DNA from: a virus
DNA length: 64,000 nucleotides
Direction: 5' to 3' (one strand)
IMG/VR virus record: IMGVR_UViG_3300035661_000009
Coordinates: 1 to 64,000 of that record
Part shown: piece by piece, positions 16,180 through 25,783 of the stretch
How the letters are laid out: each line of letters opens with the position of its first letter
Position numbering within the stretch: the stretch's first letter is position 1
The notes under the pieces: model-generated
Told to the model about the DNA's origin: nothing
What the model saw: the letters and a program-made list of their open reading frames with translations, nothing else
Database searches by the model: none
Position numbers and translations under genes: made by a program

Positions 16180-19026
16180 TTATATCGAGAATAACAGACC
16201 GCCCGGCTTGCCAGTTACTTTAACCTCTCCATCGGAGGCGTCAATTCCCGCCTTTTTCTGAATCCAGCCTTCATTTGGGTCTCTTTGGTATATTTTATTA
16301 TTATCATTAAATACCATAACCGCTTTTGACTTGTTTAATGGCACGTTTTGGCATAAATATCTAAATGCATCTAATTCGTCGTCATCTTGACTATCCGGCT
16401 CATCCGTTAGATTGCCCTGTGGATCGATTTTCCAGTGGTATCCGACTATCTTAGTAGCCAAGAATTCACAGCCAGGATCTTCCTTAAGTAAGAATACTGA
16501 TGGAGGAAGGCCGTTTCCGGGCATTATACGCTTTCTTGCATTTTCAATACCTAATTGAACTTCTTTTTTAAAGTTAATCATTCTAAAACCCGCCATTCTA
16601 AACGATTTAACGTCTGAAGGATAGGCGTTATCTGGATATATGGCGGGGTTTAATGGAGTAAGCTTTTCTTTACATAGTTCGATTCTTTGCTGTAATTCCA
16701 AGCCCTTAGCTGAAATTACGTCTATTATATAAAGAGTGTGACCTAATAGCGCCGCTGTAACTACAGCGAAATTATGAGTAAAGCCCCAGTCTAGTCCACA
16801 ATAAAATTCAGCTCCCATTCTTTTAAATATCTCTATTAGCTCTGCCTTATTTAAATGGTCAGGAAATTCTTCACCAGTAGCCCTTCTTGCCATGTCTGCG
16901 GCAGACAATAAATGCTTTTCTCTTTGAAAATTAGGATAAATCTTACCTTCTGAGGACGGTAAATAACACATTAATTGAGCACGAGCTAGATCTACCGATA
17001 TAGTAGAAAATAAGGGCTGTACGTGGTTGATTTTCTTTAATAACTTACTGTCTGATGTTTGCTTAGTAGCTAAACGCCCCTTACATTGAGCAAAGAGTTT
17101 ACAATTTTGTAAACAGCCTTTATAGCCCATTTTAACGTCCCATTGAGCTTTTTCTTTTTCAGATAGCAAGTCGTGTTCTGCTTTGCTAATCGCCCGTAAA
17201 TTATTTTCAGAAAAATAAATGGGGATTTGTGGTTCTTCTGGCAAATGCCTCTTAGGTGGGCATCTTTCGGTTACGTCAATAATATTCCAATGGCGTATAT
17301 TTAAGCCGGTCCTATGGCTAGCGTCGATTTCTTGCTGAACTAACCCGAATGAATATTTTCTAGTAGAGGTAAGAAAGGTAATGGGTAGCTGTCCGTCATC
17401 CCCCATTGATGGAATCATCTTGCTTTCGTCATAAGCGGCGGGTTCTGATAGATCTAGTTCGTCGCAATTTTTAACTAAAACCCCATTGGCTATGAAGTTA
17501 TGGTTGTCTTTAACGGTAAAATCAATTACCCAGTCTTCGCCCATAGGTTCAATAGACTTGATAATGTCTACTTTAATTGATTTTGACTGGGCGGCAACAC
17601 ACATTTGATTACCGCAAGTAACTGCGGATTTACCCAGCATTGCTGGATAGTATTGTTTTTTACAAAAACGGCATTCTTTTTGTGGTGATATGTCAAATTT
17701 ATACATCATGGTCGGGTGTATGTATTTTTTGCAAATCTTAAATAATTCTTTTGAGTTATTAGAGTAAAACCCATATAATAATTTTTGAGTATATCCGCTT
17801 TTAGCTGTCTTATTTTGAGTGAATTTAAGTTTTTGGCTTAATTTATTCAATTTCCAATCTAAATAATCTTTTTGCGCATAACTATGTTGTTCTTTAAAGC
17901 AAGAATTTGATGTTTGTCCCCTATAGACTCCAGCATCTCCTAATAATGAACCTATTAATGTCTGTTCAAAACAATCGGATATCGGCTCTTTATATTTAAT
18001 TTTTATATCGCTAACTATAGGCAATAATTGTTTCTTAGCCATTGATTGTGTTTTATATATTCTTAAAACTCCGTCTCCGATGTTTAAATCTTTAACTTCT
18101 TTATAACCATTAAGCGTCATTATTGGATGATTTTCGGTACAGACTAAATTTTTACCACTTTCTAATGAAATTTTAAATACTTTTTTAAACGATCTTCTTG
18201 TAGCTATTATGGGTTTAAATTCAAATAAGCCATTTTTATAATTAAATGATAAAACTTCAATATTTTCTTGAACATTTTTTGTAAATCCTTCTAATTTATT
18301 TTTAATATTTGGAGAAAATCCCATTAATCTATTAAAAATTACTCCAGCTTTAGCTGGTATTCTATCTCGTTTATTTTTAATGCTATTATTTTTGATTAAA
18401 ATTTCACTTTGATCTGAAACACAAACGAAAAAAGGGGCGTGAAGCCCGTTAGCTCCACCAACCGTAGCGATAACGATCTTAATCCAACTAACCTTTTCTT
18501 CATAATTCTTCTTTTCATGATCAGTTAGTTTATTGAATTCGGCTGGAGAAATAGATCTAGATCCATCCATAGATAAATATCTAGTAATTTCTATTTGTCT
18601 TTTGTTCTTAGAGGTCATAAATTCTCTAAGAATTGGACGTTTAAAATAACCCTCTATATATCTCTGGCAATTGTTAGCTTGAGCTTCTAATGCCGCCATA
18701 TGGCCAACATTACGACCGAGGTGGAACATACATAAAGTTTCAAGAATGGCTGCTGATAGCGTCTTAAAACTATCTCTAGCTGCGAACCCTAATACGCGAG
18801 TAAATGTTTCATCTTGGCCATTTCTCGCTTTTGAGTATATTTCCCAAATTAAATCCATTGGGCTTGAATTGCTTGAAGGATTCCTGACCTCATCATCACA
18901 TACAATTACATTAGGCACGTCAATACCTAAATATATCTTAATCCACTTATGTAAGTGTTCCTTGGTGTCACACGGAATGAATAATGCTTTTCTGAGTATC
19001 TCTTCTTGTTCTTCTTTACTTAGCAT
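16180..19026 (-). CDS. terL: Terminase large subunit (intein-containing)
   Basis: ARDSFKT Walker A variant; FFV|CDE Walker B split by intein; nuclease motifs GLDWGF and DDDELDAFRY; start probably MLSKEE at 19026. Confidence 0.9.
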   Translation of the reverse strand: MLSKEEQEEILRKALFIPCDTKEHLHKWIKIYLGIDVPNVIVCDDEVRNPSSNSSPMDLIWEIYSKARNGQDETFTRVLGFAARDSFKTLSAAILETLCMFHLGRNVGHMAALEAQANNCQRYIEGYFKRPILREFMTSKNKRQIEITRYLSMDGSRSISPAEFNKLTDHEKKNYEEKVSWIKIVIATVGGANGLHAPFFVCVSDQSEILIKNNSIKNKRDRIPAKAGVIFNRLMGFSPNIKNKLEGFTKNVQENIEVLSFNYKNGLFEFKPIIATRRSFKKVFKISLESGKNLVCTENHPIMTLNGYKEVKDLNIGDGVLRIYKTQSMAKKQLLPIVSDIKIKYKEPISDCFEQTLIGSLLGDAGVYRGQTSNSCFKEQHSYAQKDYLDWKLNKLSQKLKFTQNKTAKSGYTQKLLYGFYSNNSKELFKICKKYIHPTMMYKFDISPQKECRFCKKQYYPAMLGKSAVTCGNQMCVAAQSKSIKVDIIKSIEPMGEDWVIDFTVKDNHNFIANGVLVKNCDELDLSEPAAYDESKMIPSMGDDGQLPITFLTSTRKYSFGLVQQEIDASHRTGLNIRHWNIIDVTERCPPKRHLPEEPQIPIYFSENNLRAISKAEHDLLSEKEKAQWDVKMGYKGCLQNCKLFAQCKGRLATKQTSDSKLLKKINHVQPLFSTISVDLARAQLMCYLPSSEGKIYPNFQREKHLLSAADMARRATGEEFPDHLNKAELIEIFKRMGAEFYCGLDWGFTHNFAVVTAALLGHTLYIIDVISAKGLELQQRIELCKEKLTPLNPAIYPDNAYPSDVKSFRMAGFRMINFKKEVQLGIENARKRIMPGNGLPPSVFLLKEDPGCEFLATKIVGYHWKIDPQGNLTDEPDSQDDDELDAFRYLCQNVPLNKSKAVMVFNDNNKIYQRDPNEGWIQKKAGIDASDGEVKVTGKPGGLLFSI
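17467..18423 (-). mobile_element. Intein in TerL Walker B (319 aa; decayed LAGLIDADG)
   Basis: CVSD...CTENHP...DFTV..NHNFIANGVLVKN|C; single GSLLGDAG motif. Confidence 0.9.
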
Positions 19027-19648
19027 TTTGTTCTCTTGTAGCAATTAAGTCAAGCAATTCGCTGGCTGCCGCGCTACTTACTCTCTTAGCTTCTGGACCT
19101 TTCATTTCACTAGTAACTGCATGTAAATGCTTAACTGTTCCACCAACCATTACTTCTTTCTTATCGCCAGTTCCTTCAGTAAGTAATTTTAACATAGTTA
19201 AGATTTCTTTATAATTCTTCAAAGAACTTGGATCAAATCCTTGTAATAGCTCTTGATTACCTTCTTGGAGAAATTGTGCTACCTTATCCCCCCAAATCTT
19301 ATGAGCAGCCGCAAGTAGGTCAGATAAATGACTCAATGCATCTTGTTTAACCTTATAGACCTTACGCTCGACTTGACTATGCAAAGCCATTAACTGACGA
19401 TCGCGTCTTATATCCCAATTTAAACGGTCTTTAGCGTCAATTATAGCACCGTATTCAAAGGCTCCGCCATTTGCTTTAAAGATTTGCTCACAAGTATAGC
19501 CGTTTAAATAGAGTTCATACATCTTTACCGCTGTTGGAAGTGGGACGGGGAGTTCCTTTTTTCGCTTCCACTCCCTTAGCGCGAACTCTTCTTCGTCCGG
19601 CACTAGTTTTTCCGTCTGTGGTATTGTCAGTTCCTTGGGCGATTCCAT
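19016..19648 (-). CDS. Putative terminase small subunit
   Basis: Directly upstream of terL; N-terminal HTH-like segment (MYELYLNGYTCEQI), helical body. Confidence 0.5.
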   Translation of the reverse strand: MESPKELTIPQTEKLVPDEEEFALREWKRKKELPVPLPTAVKMYELYLNGYTCEQIFKANGGAFEYGAIIDAKDRLNWDIRRDRQLMALHSQVERKVYKVKQDALSHLSDLLAAAHKIWGDKVAQFLQEGNQELLQGFDPSSLKNYKEILTMLKLLTEGTGDKKEVMVGGTVKHLHAVTSEMKGPEAKRVSSAAASELLDLIATREQNAK

Positions 19649-19964
19649 GTATTAATCCTTTTGAATAAAACCAGACGGTTTCGCCTTTTTGAACGATGAT
19701 ATTATAATCCTCACCAAGCAGCCATCTTGTGTAAAACTCAAGTATTTTTAGACGCTTAGGCAGATCTTTAGGTTTCTTGCCTTTCGTCTTTTCTATATTA
19801 TAGATTACTGTCCTTGCTTCAAAGTTAAACAAAATCTCTGCCTTGACCGCATGAGTCAGAGTCAAAGGCCAGTATTTTAACTGTTCTACTTGGCTGTCGT
19901 GGAGAGCACCGTAAAGCTTTGTCCATTCTTTAAGTAGTTGTAATTGTTCGAATTCACTTGCCAT
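19515..19964 (-). CDS. Hypothetical protein
   Basis: 149 aa; GAGG RBS; basic tail overlaps next gene by 134 nt. Confidence 0.55.
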   Translation of the reverse strand: MASEFEQLQLLKEWTKLYGALHDSQVEQLKYWPLTLTHAVKAEILFNFEARTVIYNIEKTKGKKPKDLPKRLKILEFYTRWLLGEDYNIIVQKGETVWFYSKGLIHGIAQGTDNTTDGKTSAGRRRVRAKGVEAKKGTPRPTSNSGKDV

Positions 19965-20931
19965 CCCAATTTATCCTCTTGGCCGCCAAATCTTCTAAGT
20001 CTTCGATCTTACTATCGAATTTTACCACGTAATCTAAAAGAAAACTTTTAAACGCCTCTTTGATACCTAAGCTTTCTTTTACTTTAACTTGTTTAACTTG
20101 TGTAGGGAAAGGTCGGATACGTGGTTTATTATCTAACTTGCTTACCTTTTCCTTAACCAAATCTATAAATACTGTATTTCCTACAACGTCAAAGCAAATA
20201 TTATTATTCAAAAAATCTTGACTTAATCCTATCTTTAGTTCTTCTTCATTAGTTATTTGATAAACCTTAATACTAGGAACGCCAATTATTGGTATAGACT
20301 CATACATATCTTCGTCATGATCTACCAATAAAAATCGTTTTTCGGCATTTACATCGTTTATGTTAATCCAACGACTGCTTCCTACATAAGTTATTTTCCC
20401 AAAAACTTGAGCGGCGTGTATGTGTCCACTTATAATTATTTTTTGTGGAACTTGGGTTAATTCAATCCCATCTTTTATATAAAAGCCATTATCATACTTA
20501 CCGCCATTAAATGAGGCATGACAAACTAGTGTTTTAGTATTAAACTCATTAGCTAGGTCGATTAGCTTCTGTGGGTTATGTTTATATGAAACAAAGAGCA
20601 CGTCATCTTTTACTATATGACTATGAACTACTGTACAATTTTCTATTCCAGATAAGAATTCCATACCATGAAAGATTTGATTAAAGTCGTTGCTTCGGTC
20701 ATGATTACCTACTAAGACTATAGAAGGGCACCGAAGCTGTTTAATAAAAGCTATAAAAGCAGCAACTACCTGTAAATGCACTACGCCGTGATTATCAAAC
20801 TGATCACCAAGAAAACAAACGTAGTCTGGCTTTTGTTCATTTATTGTTTTATTGATAAAATCAAATAGCTTTAGACACTGATCCATAGAATCAGGTCTTA
20901 TATGCATATCACCGACGTAAAGTATCTTCAT
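19954..20931 (-). CDS. sbcD: SbcD/Mre11-like nuclease (T4 gp47-like)
   Basis: GDMH, LGDQFD, GNHD, CHA, SGHIH, YVGS motifs. Confidence 0.85.
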   Translation of the reverse strand: MKILYVGDMHIRPDSMDQCLKLFDFINKTINEQKPDYVCFLGDQFDNHGVVHLQVVAAFIAFIKQLRCPSIVLVGNHDRSNDFNQIFHGMEFLSGIENCTVVHSHIVKDDVLFVSYKHNPQKLIDLANEFNTKTLVCHASFNGGKYDNGFYIKDGIELTQVPQKIIISGHIHAAQVFGKITYVGSSRWININDVNAEKRFLLVDHDEDMYESIPIIGVPSIKVYQITNEEELKIGLSQDFLNNNICFDVVGNTVFIDLVKEKVSKLDNKPRIRPFPTQVKQVKVKESLGIKEAFKSFLLDYVVKFDSKIEDLEDLAAKRINWDGK

Positions 20932-21215
20932 TATTGTGGATTTTCTACAATTAAGACGAATTGTTCAGGCATTAGGATAAATAGTTCATTGTCATTTGTA
21001 TAAATCTTAGATGCCCATGGTTGCTTAAATAGTTCAGCGAGCACCCAAATAGTAGCTCCGGATTGAATAGTGCCTGAATAATTACCGTGGATAACCTTAA
21101 CCTTGGCTAATGTGTGTTTTTGCTCAACTACAGCAAAACCACTTCTAACCTGAGTTTTTACATCGGTATTCTTAAATGGCTCTATAGCTATGCTTCCATT
21201 CATTGTCTTTTTCAT
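20931..21215 (-). CDS. groS: GroES-like co-chaperonin
   Basis: 94 aa; mobile loop KTQVRSGFAV, KVIHG, QSGATI, FILMPEQFVL; groEL is in the same window. Confidence 0.65.
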   Translation of the reverse strand: MKKTMNGSIAIEPFKNTDVKTQVRSGFAVVEQKHTLAKVKVIHGNYSGTIQSGATIWVLAELFKQPWASKIYTNDNELFILMPEQFVLIVENPQ

Positions 21216-22270
21216 ATCATATCCTCGTTTACGCCTTTAAGTCTTAATAGTTTATTTTCTAATATAGAAAGATTATGTAAACAACTAACTAACTTAGTCT
21301 TCAAATCTTTCTGTTCTGCCATTATATCAGGCCTTGATTCTTCATCGGCGGCGCAGATATTGTGGTAAGAAGTATCCTTTACGTGCATTTCACCAGGATC
21401 TTCAGAATTAAAGCCCTCATCTAAAGAAAAGTGACTACTTGCCATCATTAATTGATTAATTTCTGGCCCCGTGGTAGGTTGATCTAGCGCTGGACCTTCG
21501 TTAACTTTTTTAGCCAACGATTCCATATCGTCGTTCTTTTGATTCTTTAATACCTTATTAGCTCGATAAATCTTTCTTTTATCACTAGGATAGAAGTAAA
21601 GCATTTTATCGCTATAATTATCAATTAAATCGCCAGTTATTCTACCTATAATTACGTCTCTAAAGACTGTTGTATATGGCGGAACAAACTTATCAACAGC
21701 CGTACAAAGAGCTTCTAAGCTTATTTGTACTAGATCCATATAACTTAAGTGAGCTTGTGGAGTCTTTTGTTTAAAAATCCTTGCTCTGCTTATGGCCAAA
21801 GGCATGTTTTGATGAATAATGACATTTCTAGCCAACTCTACTTCTTTAGCTAGCTTAGTTATCTTACTATTAGGACCAAAATTGCCAACATCCATTACAA
21901 ATACAATAAATGGAAAGTTAATATTGAACTTAATTAGCTTCTTAAGGTCTTTTTTCTTAATTGCCGGAGAAATCCCCTTTGAAAACTGAGTTCTACGTTC
22001 ACGAAAGAAAGGCCTTGCAACTAATGTATTTCTACGATTATCTTTACCGCTATGCCAAATGAAGTCGAGAAACTTCTTATATATATTTACCCCTCGACTG
22101 TCAGCTAACAACGTTTTCTTAAATTTTTTCTCTAGACTGATAAGCAATTCAACTTGCTCTTTTTGTTTTTTAGTAAATTCATCTTTTGACACACCAAAGC
22201 TGTCAGCTACGTTAAGCTGAACTTCTTTGCTAAAGAACCTAAAATGTGGGTCGAAGGTGAATTTGCTCAT
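21212..22270 (-). CDS. Sigma70-family RNA polymerase sigma factor lacking region 4.2
   Basis: Region 2: IIHQNMPLAISRA...MDLVQ..LEAL..AVDKF; region 3 FSLD; ends at LHNLSILENKLLRLKG. Confidence 0.85.
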   Translation of the reverse strand: MSKFTFDPHFRFFSKEVQLNVADSFGVSKDEFTKKQKEQVELLISLEKKFKKTLLADSRGVNIYKKFLDFIWHSGKDNRRNTLVARPFFRERRTQFSKGISPAIKKKDLKKLIKFNINFPFIVFVMDVGNFGPNSKITKLAKEVELARNVIIHQNMPLAISRARIFKQKTPQAHLSYMDLVQISLEALCTAVDKFVPPYTTVFRDVIIGRITGDLIDNYSDKMLYFYPSDKRKIYRANKVLKNQKNDDMESLAKKVNEGPALDQPTTGPEINQLMMASSHFSLDEGFNSEDPGEMHVKDTSYHNICAADEESRPDIMAEQKDLKTKLVSCLHNLSILENKLLRLKGVNEDMI

Positions 22271-23736
22271 TTAAACACTATATTATCATAAAAGCTTTTG
22301 TAAATAGCGATTCTTGCCAAACTTTGATTATGAATCATCGGTATATTTTTAATATCGAAGTCAACGAACCAAAAATCCTTTTTTCCGGGAGATAATCTAG
22401 TACCTCTACCTATTAATTGCTTAAACTTAACTTCAGATTTACCGCCTTGAAGGTTATAAATGATATTAACTGGTTTTATGTCAGTTCCTACAGAAATACA
22501 AGAAGTTCCTATAAGTACGTCTATTTTACCATTATTGAAGTCAGCAACTAACTCATCGGCATCTGATTTATGGAATTTTTCAGGAATGTCTGCCATATTT
22601 TCTTTACTTACCTTACCACCATGGGCAAAGGCAACAACACCTTTAAGGTGCGGATATAGGTATTTAAATTGAGTAACTTGATCAATCATGATCATAACTT
22701 TCTTCCCAGAAGCTACACTGGCATTAGAGAACGTAGCGACAGTCTTATGAAGTTCGACATTGTTATATAAATGCTTACTGATCATCCTCATAGCATCTTT
22801 ATTGGTGTAATCGCTTGAACTAAAGGCAGACATTATCATAAAATGAGGTTTAGCTAAAAATCCTTCATTAATTAGGTCGTCTGTAGTTTTTTCATAGACT
22901 ACAGGTCCTATAATGCCTTCTAGAAGCAAATCACTACCGTCATTACGCATTTGGGTAGCTGAGAAGAAATAACGCAATGGTGCTGACTCTAGAGGCCCTG
23001 AACACACCTTTTCGAACGTCTCAGCCGGAGTTGTATGAGATTCATCAGAACAGAATAACTTAACATTGCTAAAAGCTTCATAGGCGGCAGTATCATCTTC
23101 TATTCTAGTAAGAGACTGACCAGTAGCGATAGTTATTAACTTCTTGAACTCTTTCTTGCCATCTCCATACTTACCTACATACTTAGCTCCTAAGTGTTCT
23201 TTAAAAGTCTCGTATAGCTGATTACCAATACTAACACTGGGAGTCATAATCACTGTTTTAACTCCAAAATGCTTAGTTAGGTACAATAACGCAAGACTTT
23301 TACCACTTCCAGTAGGTAGGGAAATTGCTCCATGTTTAACCTCTATAAGTTTATCTATGGCTTGTTGTTGGTAATATCTTAATTCAGGAGGTTGTTTAGC
23401 CCAAGGCAGACTTACTTTCTCAAAGCAAAATGGATTAGGAGGAATAACTACCTTAATTATTGAAGCAATTAAGTTTATTAACCCTGAATATGTAACTAAT
23501 TTCCCATTCTTAGTAATTAGAAGACTCTTTTGTTCTTTAGAACGAAGTTCTTCAAGCTTTTCAGCATAAGCTTCTTCGCCATACTTACTAACAAACCAAT
23601 AACTATGTTTAAAACGATCTATTTCATATTTAACCTTATTATCTTTAAAGGTAAGTAGTTTTTCTAAAGAACGGAGTTCTTCATTACTAGGATCAATGAT
23701 TTCTATGTATACGGGTGAAAGCCATTTTAGTTTCAT
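22267..23736 (-). CDS. Superfamily 2 DNA helicase (UvsW-like)
   Basis: LRYYQ, PTGSGKS, DESH, SAT, QLIGRGTR. Confidence 0.92.
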   Translation of the reverse strand: MKLKWLSPVYIEIIDPSNEELRSLEKLLTFKDNKVKYEIDRFKHSYWFVSKYGEEAYAEKLEELRSKEQKSLLITKNGKLVTYSGLINLIASIIKVVIPPNPFCFEKVSLPWAKQPPELRYYQQQAIDKLIEVKHGAISLPTGSGKSLALLYLTKHFGVKTVIMTPSVSIGNQLYETFKEHLGAKYVGKYGDGKKEFKKLITIATGQSLTRIEDDTAAYEAFSNVKLFCSDESHTTPAETFEKVCSGPLESAPLRYFFSATQMRNDGSDLLLEGIIGPVVYEKTTDDLINEGFLAKPHFMIMSAFSSSDYTNKDAMRMISKHLYNNVELHKTVATFSNASVASGKKVMIMIDQVTQFKYLYPHLKGVVAFAHGGKVSKENMADIPEKFHKSDADELVADFNNGKIDVLIGTSCISVGTDIKPVNIIYNLQGGKSEVKFKQLIGRGTRLSPGKKDFWFVDFDIKNIPMIHNQSLARIAIYKSFYDNIVFK

Positions 23737-23738
23737 AA

Positions 23739-24341
23739 TTATAGTGATTGTATAAAATTACCATGATATTCCATAATAACATGACTTGCTTTTAGGTAAC
23801 GTTGTTCTAACGTCAACGTACCATATAACTCAAATACATTCTGGCCTCTTTGTTTACATATATCTAAAAGCTTTAAAGCTCTATCTTGTAATCCATTAAT
23901 ATCATCTAAACTATGAATTCGATTACTATCTTCTGGAAGGAAGCGAAGATTTAAGTTATGGCAAAAGAATAAGATGTCATAATGATTATCAGCTTTTGTA
24001 AAGAAGCCTCTGTCTGGATTTAAATCGAATGTTGAATCCAAATATAATCCAGCATTTAGACAAGAACTATCAGAAATAATTATAGTCTCAGGAGCAGTTG
24101 AATTCATCATAATACTTTCAGCATGCATTTGAGCTTTATAAATATTTAACTGATCGTCGTTAGTTAATGATACAGGGTCATTATACTTCATATGGTTAGT
24201 GTACCTAACCTCAGCTATGTATTGTCTAGCTTGTTCAGCCACTATCTCTGTCTTCATTCCGATCTCTTTAAGACTAGCAAATAGCTTGGCAGCAATAGTC
24301 GTTTTACCACTACACGGTGTTCCTATAAATCCAATGAGCAT
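23739..24341 (-). CDS. NadR/Ttd14-like P-loop (AAA_28) protein
   Basis: IGFIGTPCSGKTT, EQARQY, IISDS, YDILFF, DSNR; start at 24341, 6 nt after TATAAT. Confidence 0.75.
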   Translation of the reverse strand: MLIGFIGTPCSGKTTIAAKLFASLKEIGMKTEIVAEQARQYIAEVRYTNHMKYNDPVSLTNDDQLNIYKAQMHAESIMMNSTAPETIIISDSSCLNAGLYLDSTFDLNPDRGFFTKADNHYDILFFCHNLNLRFLPEDSNRIHSLDDINGLQDRALKLLDICKQRGQNVFELYGTLTLEQRYLKASHVIMEYHGNFIQSL

Positions 24342-24346
24342 TCCAG

Positions 24347-24360
24347 CATTATAACACACT
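24347..24360 (-). promoter_or_regulatory. Extended -10 promoter AGTGTGTTATAATG (leftward)
   Basis: Perfect inverted copy of 24727-24740. Confidence 0.7.
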
Positions 24361-24726
24361 GGAAGCTTGGATCAATGATCTTAAATCACCTACAATCCAT
24401 ATACCTACAACTACCTAACATCCTATACTATATGTAGTATAGTATACCTGCCATTTTGAATTAAGTGTTTGGATTGGTGGTTTATCGAAAGATCATAGAT
24501 CATAGACTTACATCACTACCTAATATCCTATACTATGGTAGTAGTATATCTGCCATTCTTGATTCTGTCATGTGTATGTATATCTGCCATTTTTAACAGC
24601 GTTTTAGCGTTTTAATGGTGTTACTTAAGGATCTTGAAGTTGTCGAAGACTTCGCGCGTTACTTAGTATATGTGACGTTTTCAAAATGGCATGGATATGT
24701 ATATCTGCCACTTTCTTTTTTAAGCA
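24361..24726. repeat. Repeat-rich intergenic region, putative replication origin
   Basis: GTATA(C/T)CTGCCA at 24442, 24544, 24578, 24699; ACTACCTAA(C/T)ATCCTATACTAT at 24410 and 24515; located at coding-strand divergence. Confidence 0.65.
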
Positions 24727-24740
24727 AGTGTGTTATAATG
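24727..24740 (+). promoter_or_regulatory. Extended -10 promoter AGTGTGTTATAATG (rightward)
   Basis: TG-T-TATAAT, 6 nt upstream of ATG 24746. Confidence 0.7.
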
Positions 24741-24745
24741 AGGAC

Positions 24746-25783
24746 ATGAATCAAGGCCCCTTCAACAAGAATTGTGAACTTTTACTCATTCATATCGAAA
24801 ACATGAATAATGGTAAAATGAAGAAATGCAATGCGACGACGACTTACTTGGCTAAAGCTATTGGCAAATCAGAGCGTCAAACATATCGGTATTTAACCCA
24901 TTTACAAAAGAATGGATTAATCGTTCGAGAAACCAGCAAGCTATCAAGAGACAAGAAGAGGAACAATCTCTATAAGCTTCGCAGCATTAAAACGACAGAA
25001 AAGGTGGAAAAACATCCACAGAAATATGATATATTGAGCTTAACGTTTAATAAGGAGCTTCATGGTCGTGTACGCAACCGTATGACTAAGGAAGTTACTA
25101 ATGGAGCGTTCTCAACCCCAAACTTAGGGAGCAAGCCTAAAACAGTTAAAATAGAGGCAATGTCTTTTGCGCCAGCAAACTTTACTGTAGAAAAGGTTGC
25201 AGAAGTCGTTAAGAATACAACTTACATAGCCTATCTACCTCCAGTAGAGATCAAGGAAGTAAAAGATAACATGACTATTTACGAAGAAAACATGAAGAAG
25301 ATTGAGGAAGAGAAGAAGAACTCGACCTTCCGCAAGTCTCTAGCCGAAAAGGGCATGGAATTTAAAGAATATAAGAAAGAAGACTTCATCAGTAAGGAAG
25401 AACTTGAACGACTAGACGCTGAACAAATCTTTAATTCAAACAGAGACAAGGAAGCAGAAAAAATCCTTATTGACAAGAATCTTGGGAAACTAGCGTCTAA
25501 GGGCGAGAACGTAGAAATTTTGGTTAAACATACAATAGACAATTATAGAGCTATTTATGCCAGATTAGAAGAGTTTTGCCCAGAAGAAGATTTTGAAATT
25601 CGTGATAGAATGGAAATGTTCGCACAGAATAGTATATTTGAAAACGGGAAATATATGTATACTCTGAATCTTGGACGTAGTTTGAGCTACAAGCTAGACA
25701 TATTCGATTATGTACCTTGGAGTAAGGACCACAAGAATTTTGAGATATACTTAGCATTTATGAAGGAAATGGGGAAAATTTAA
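24746..25783 (+). CDS. Winged-HTH DNA-binding protein, candidate replication initiator
   Basis: CNATTTYLAKAIGKSERQTYRYLTHLQKNGLIVRE resembles the N-terminal HTH of phage Rep/O-type proteins; adjacent to repeats. Confidence 0.6.
   Translation: MNQGPFNKNCELLLIHIENMNNGKMKKCNATTTYLAKAIGKSERQTYRYLTHLQKNGLIVRETSKLSRDKKRNNLYKLRSIKTTEKVEKHPQKYDILSLTFNKELHGRVRNRMTKEVTNGAFSTPNLGSKPKTVKIEAMSFAPANFTVEKVAEVVKNTTYIAYLPPVEIKEVKDNMTIYEENMKKIEEEKKNSTFRKSLAEKGMEFKEYKKEDFISKEELERLDAEQIFNSNRDKEAEKILIDKNLGKLASKGENVEILVKHTIDNYRAIYARLEEFCPEEDFEIRDRMEMFAQNSIFENGKYMYTLNLGRSLSYKLDIFDYVPWSKDHKNFEIYLAFMKEMGKI

Noticed and set aside
19515-19648. 134-nt overlap between the 149-aa gene and putative terS
   Set aside because: Most simply a lost stop codon giving a disordered tail; no sign of function.
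24361-24726. Repeats considered as a CRISPR mini-array
   Set aside because: Repeats are 12-22 bp with irregular spacing; no constant repeat-spacer period and no cas genes.
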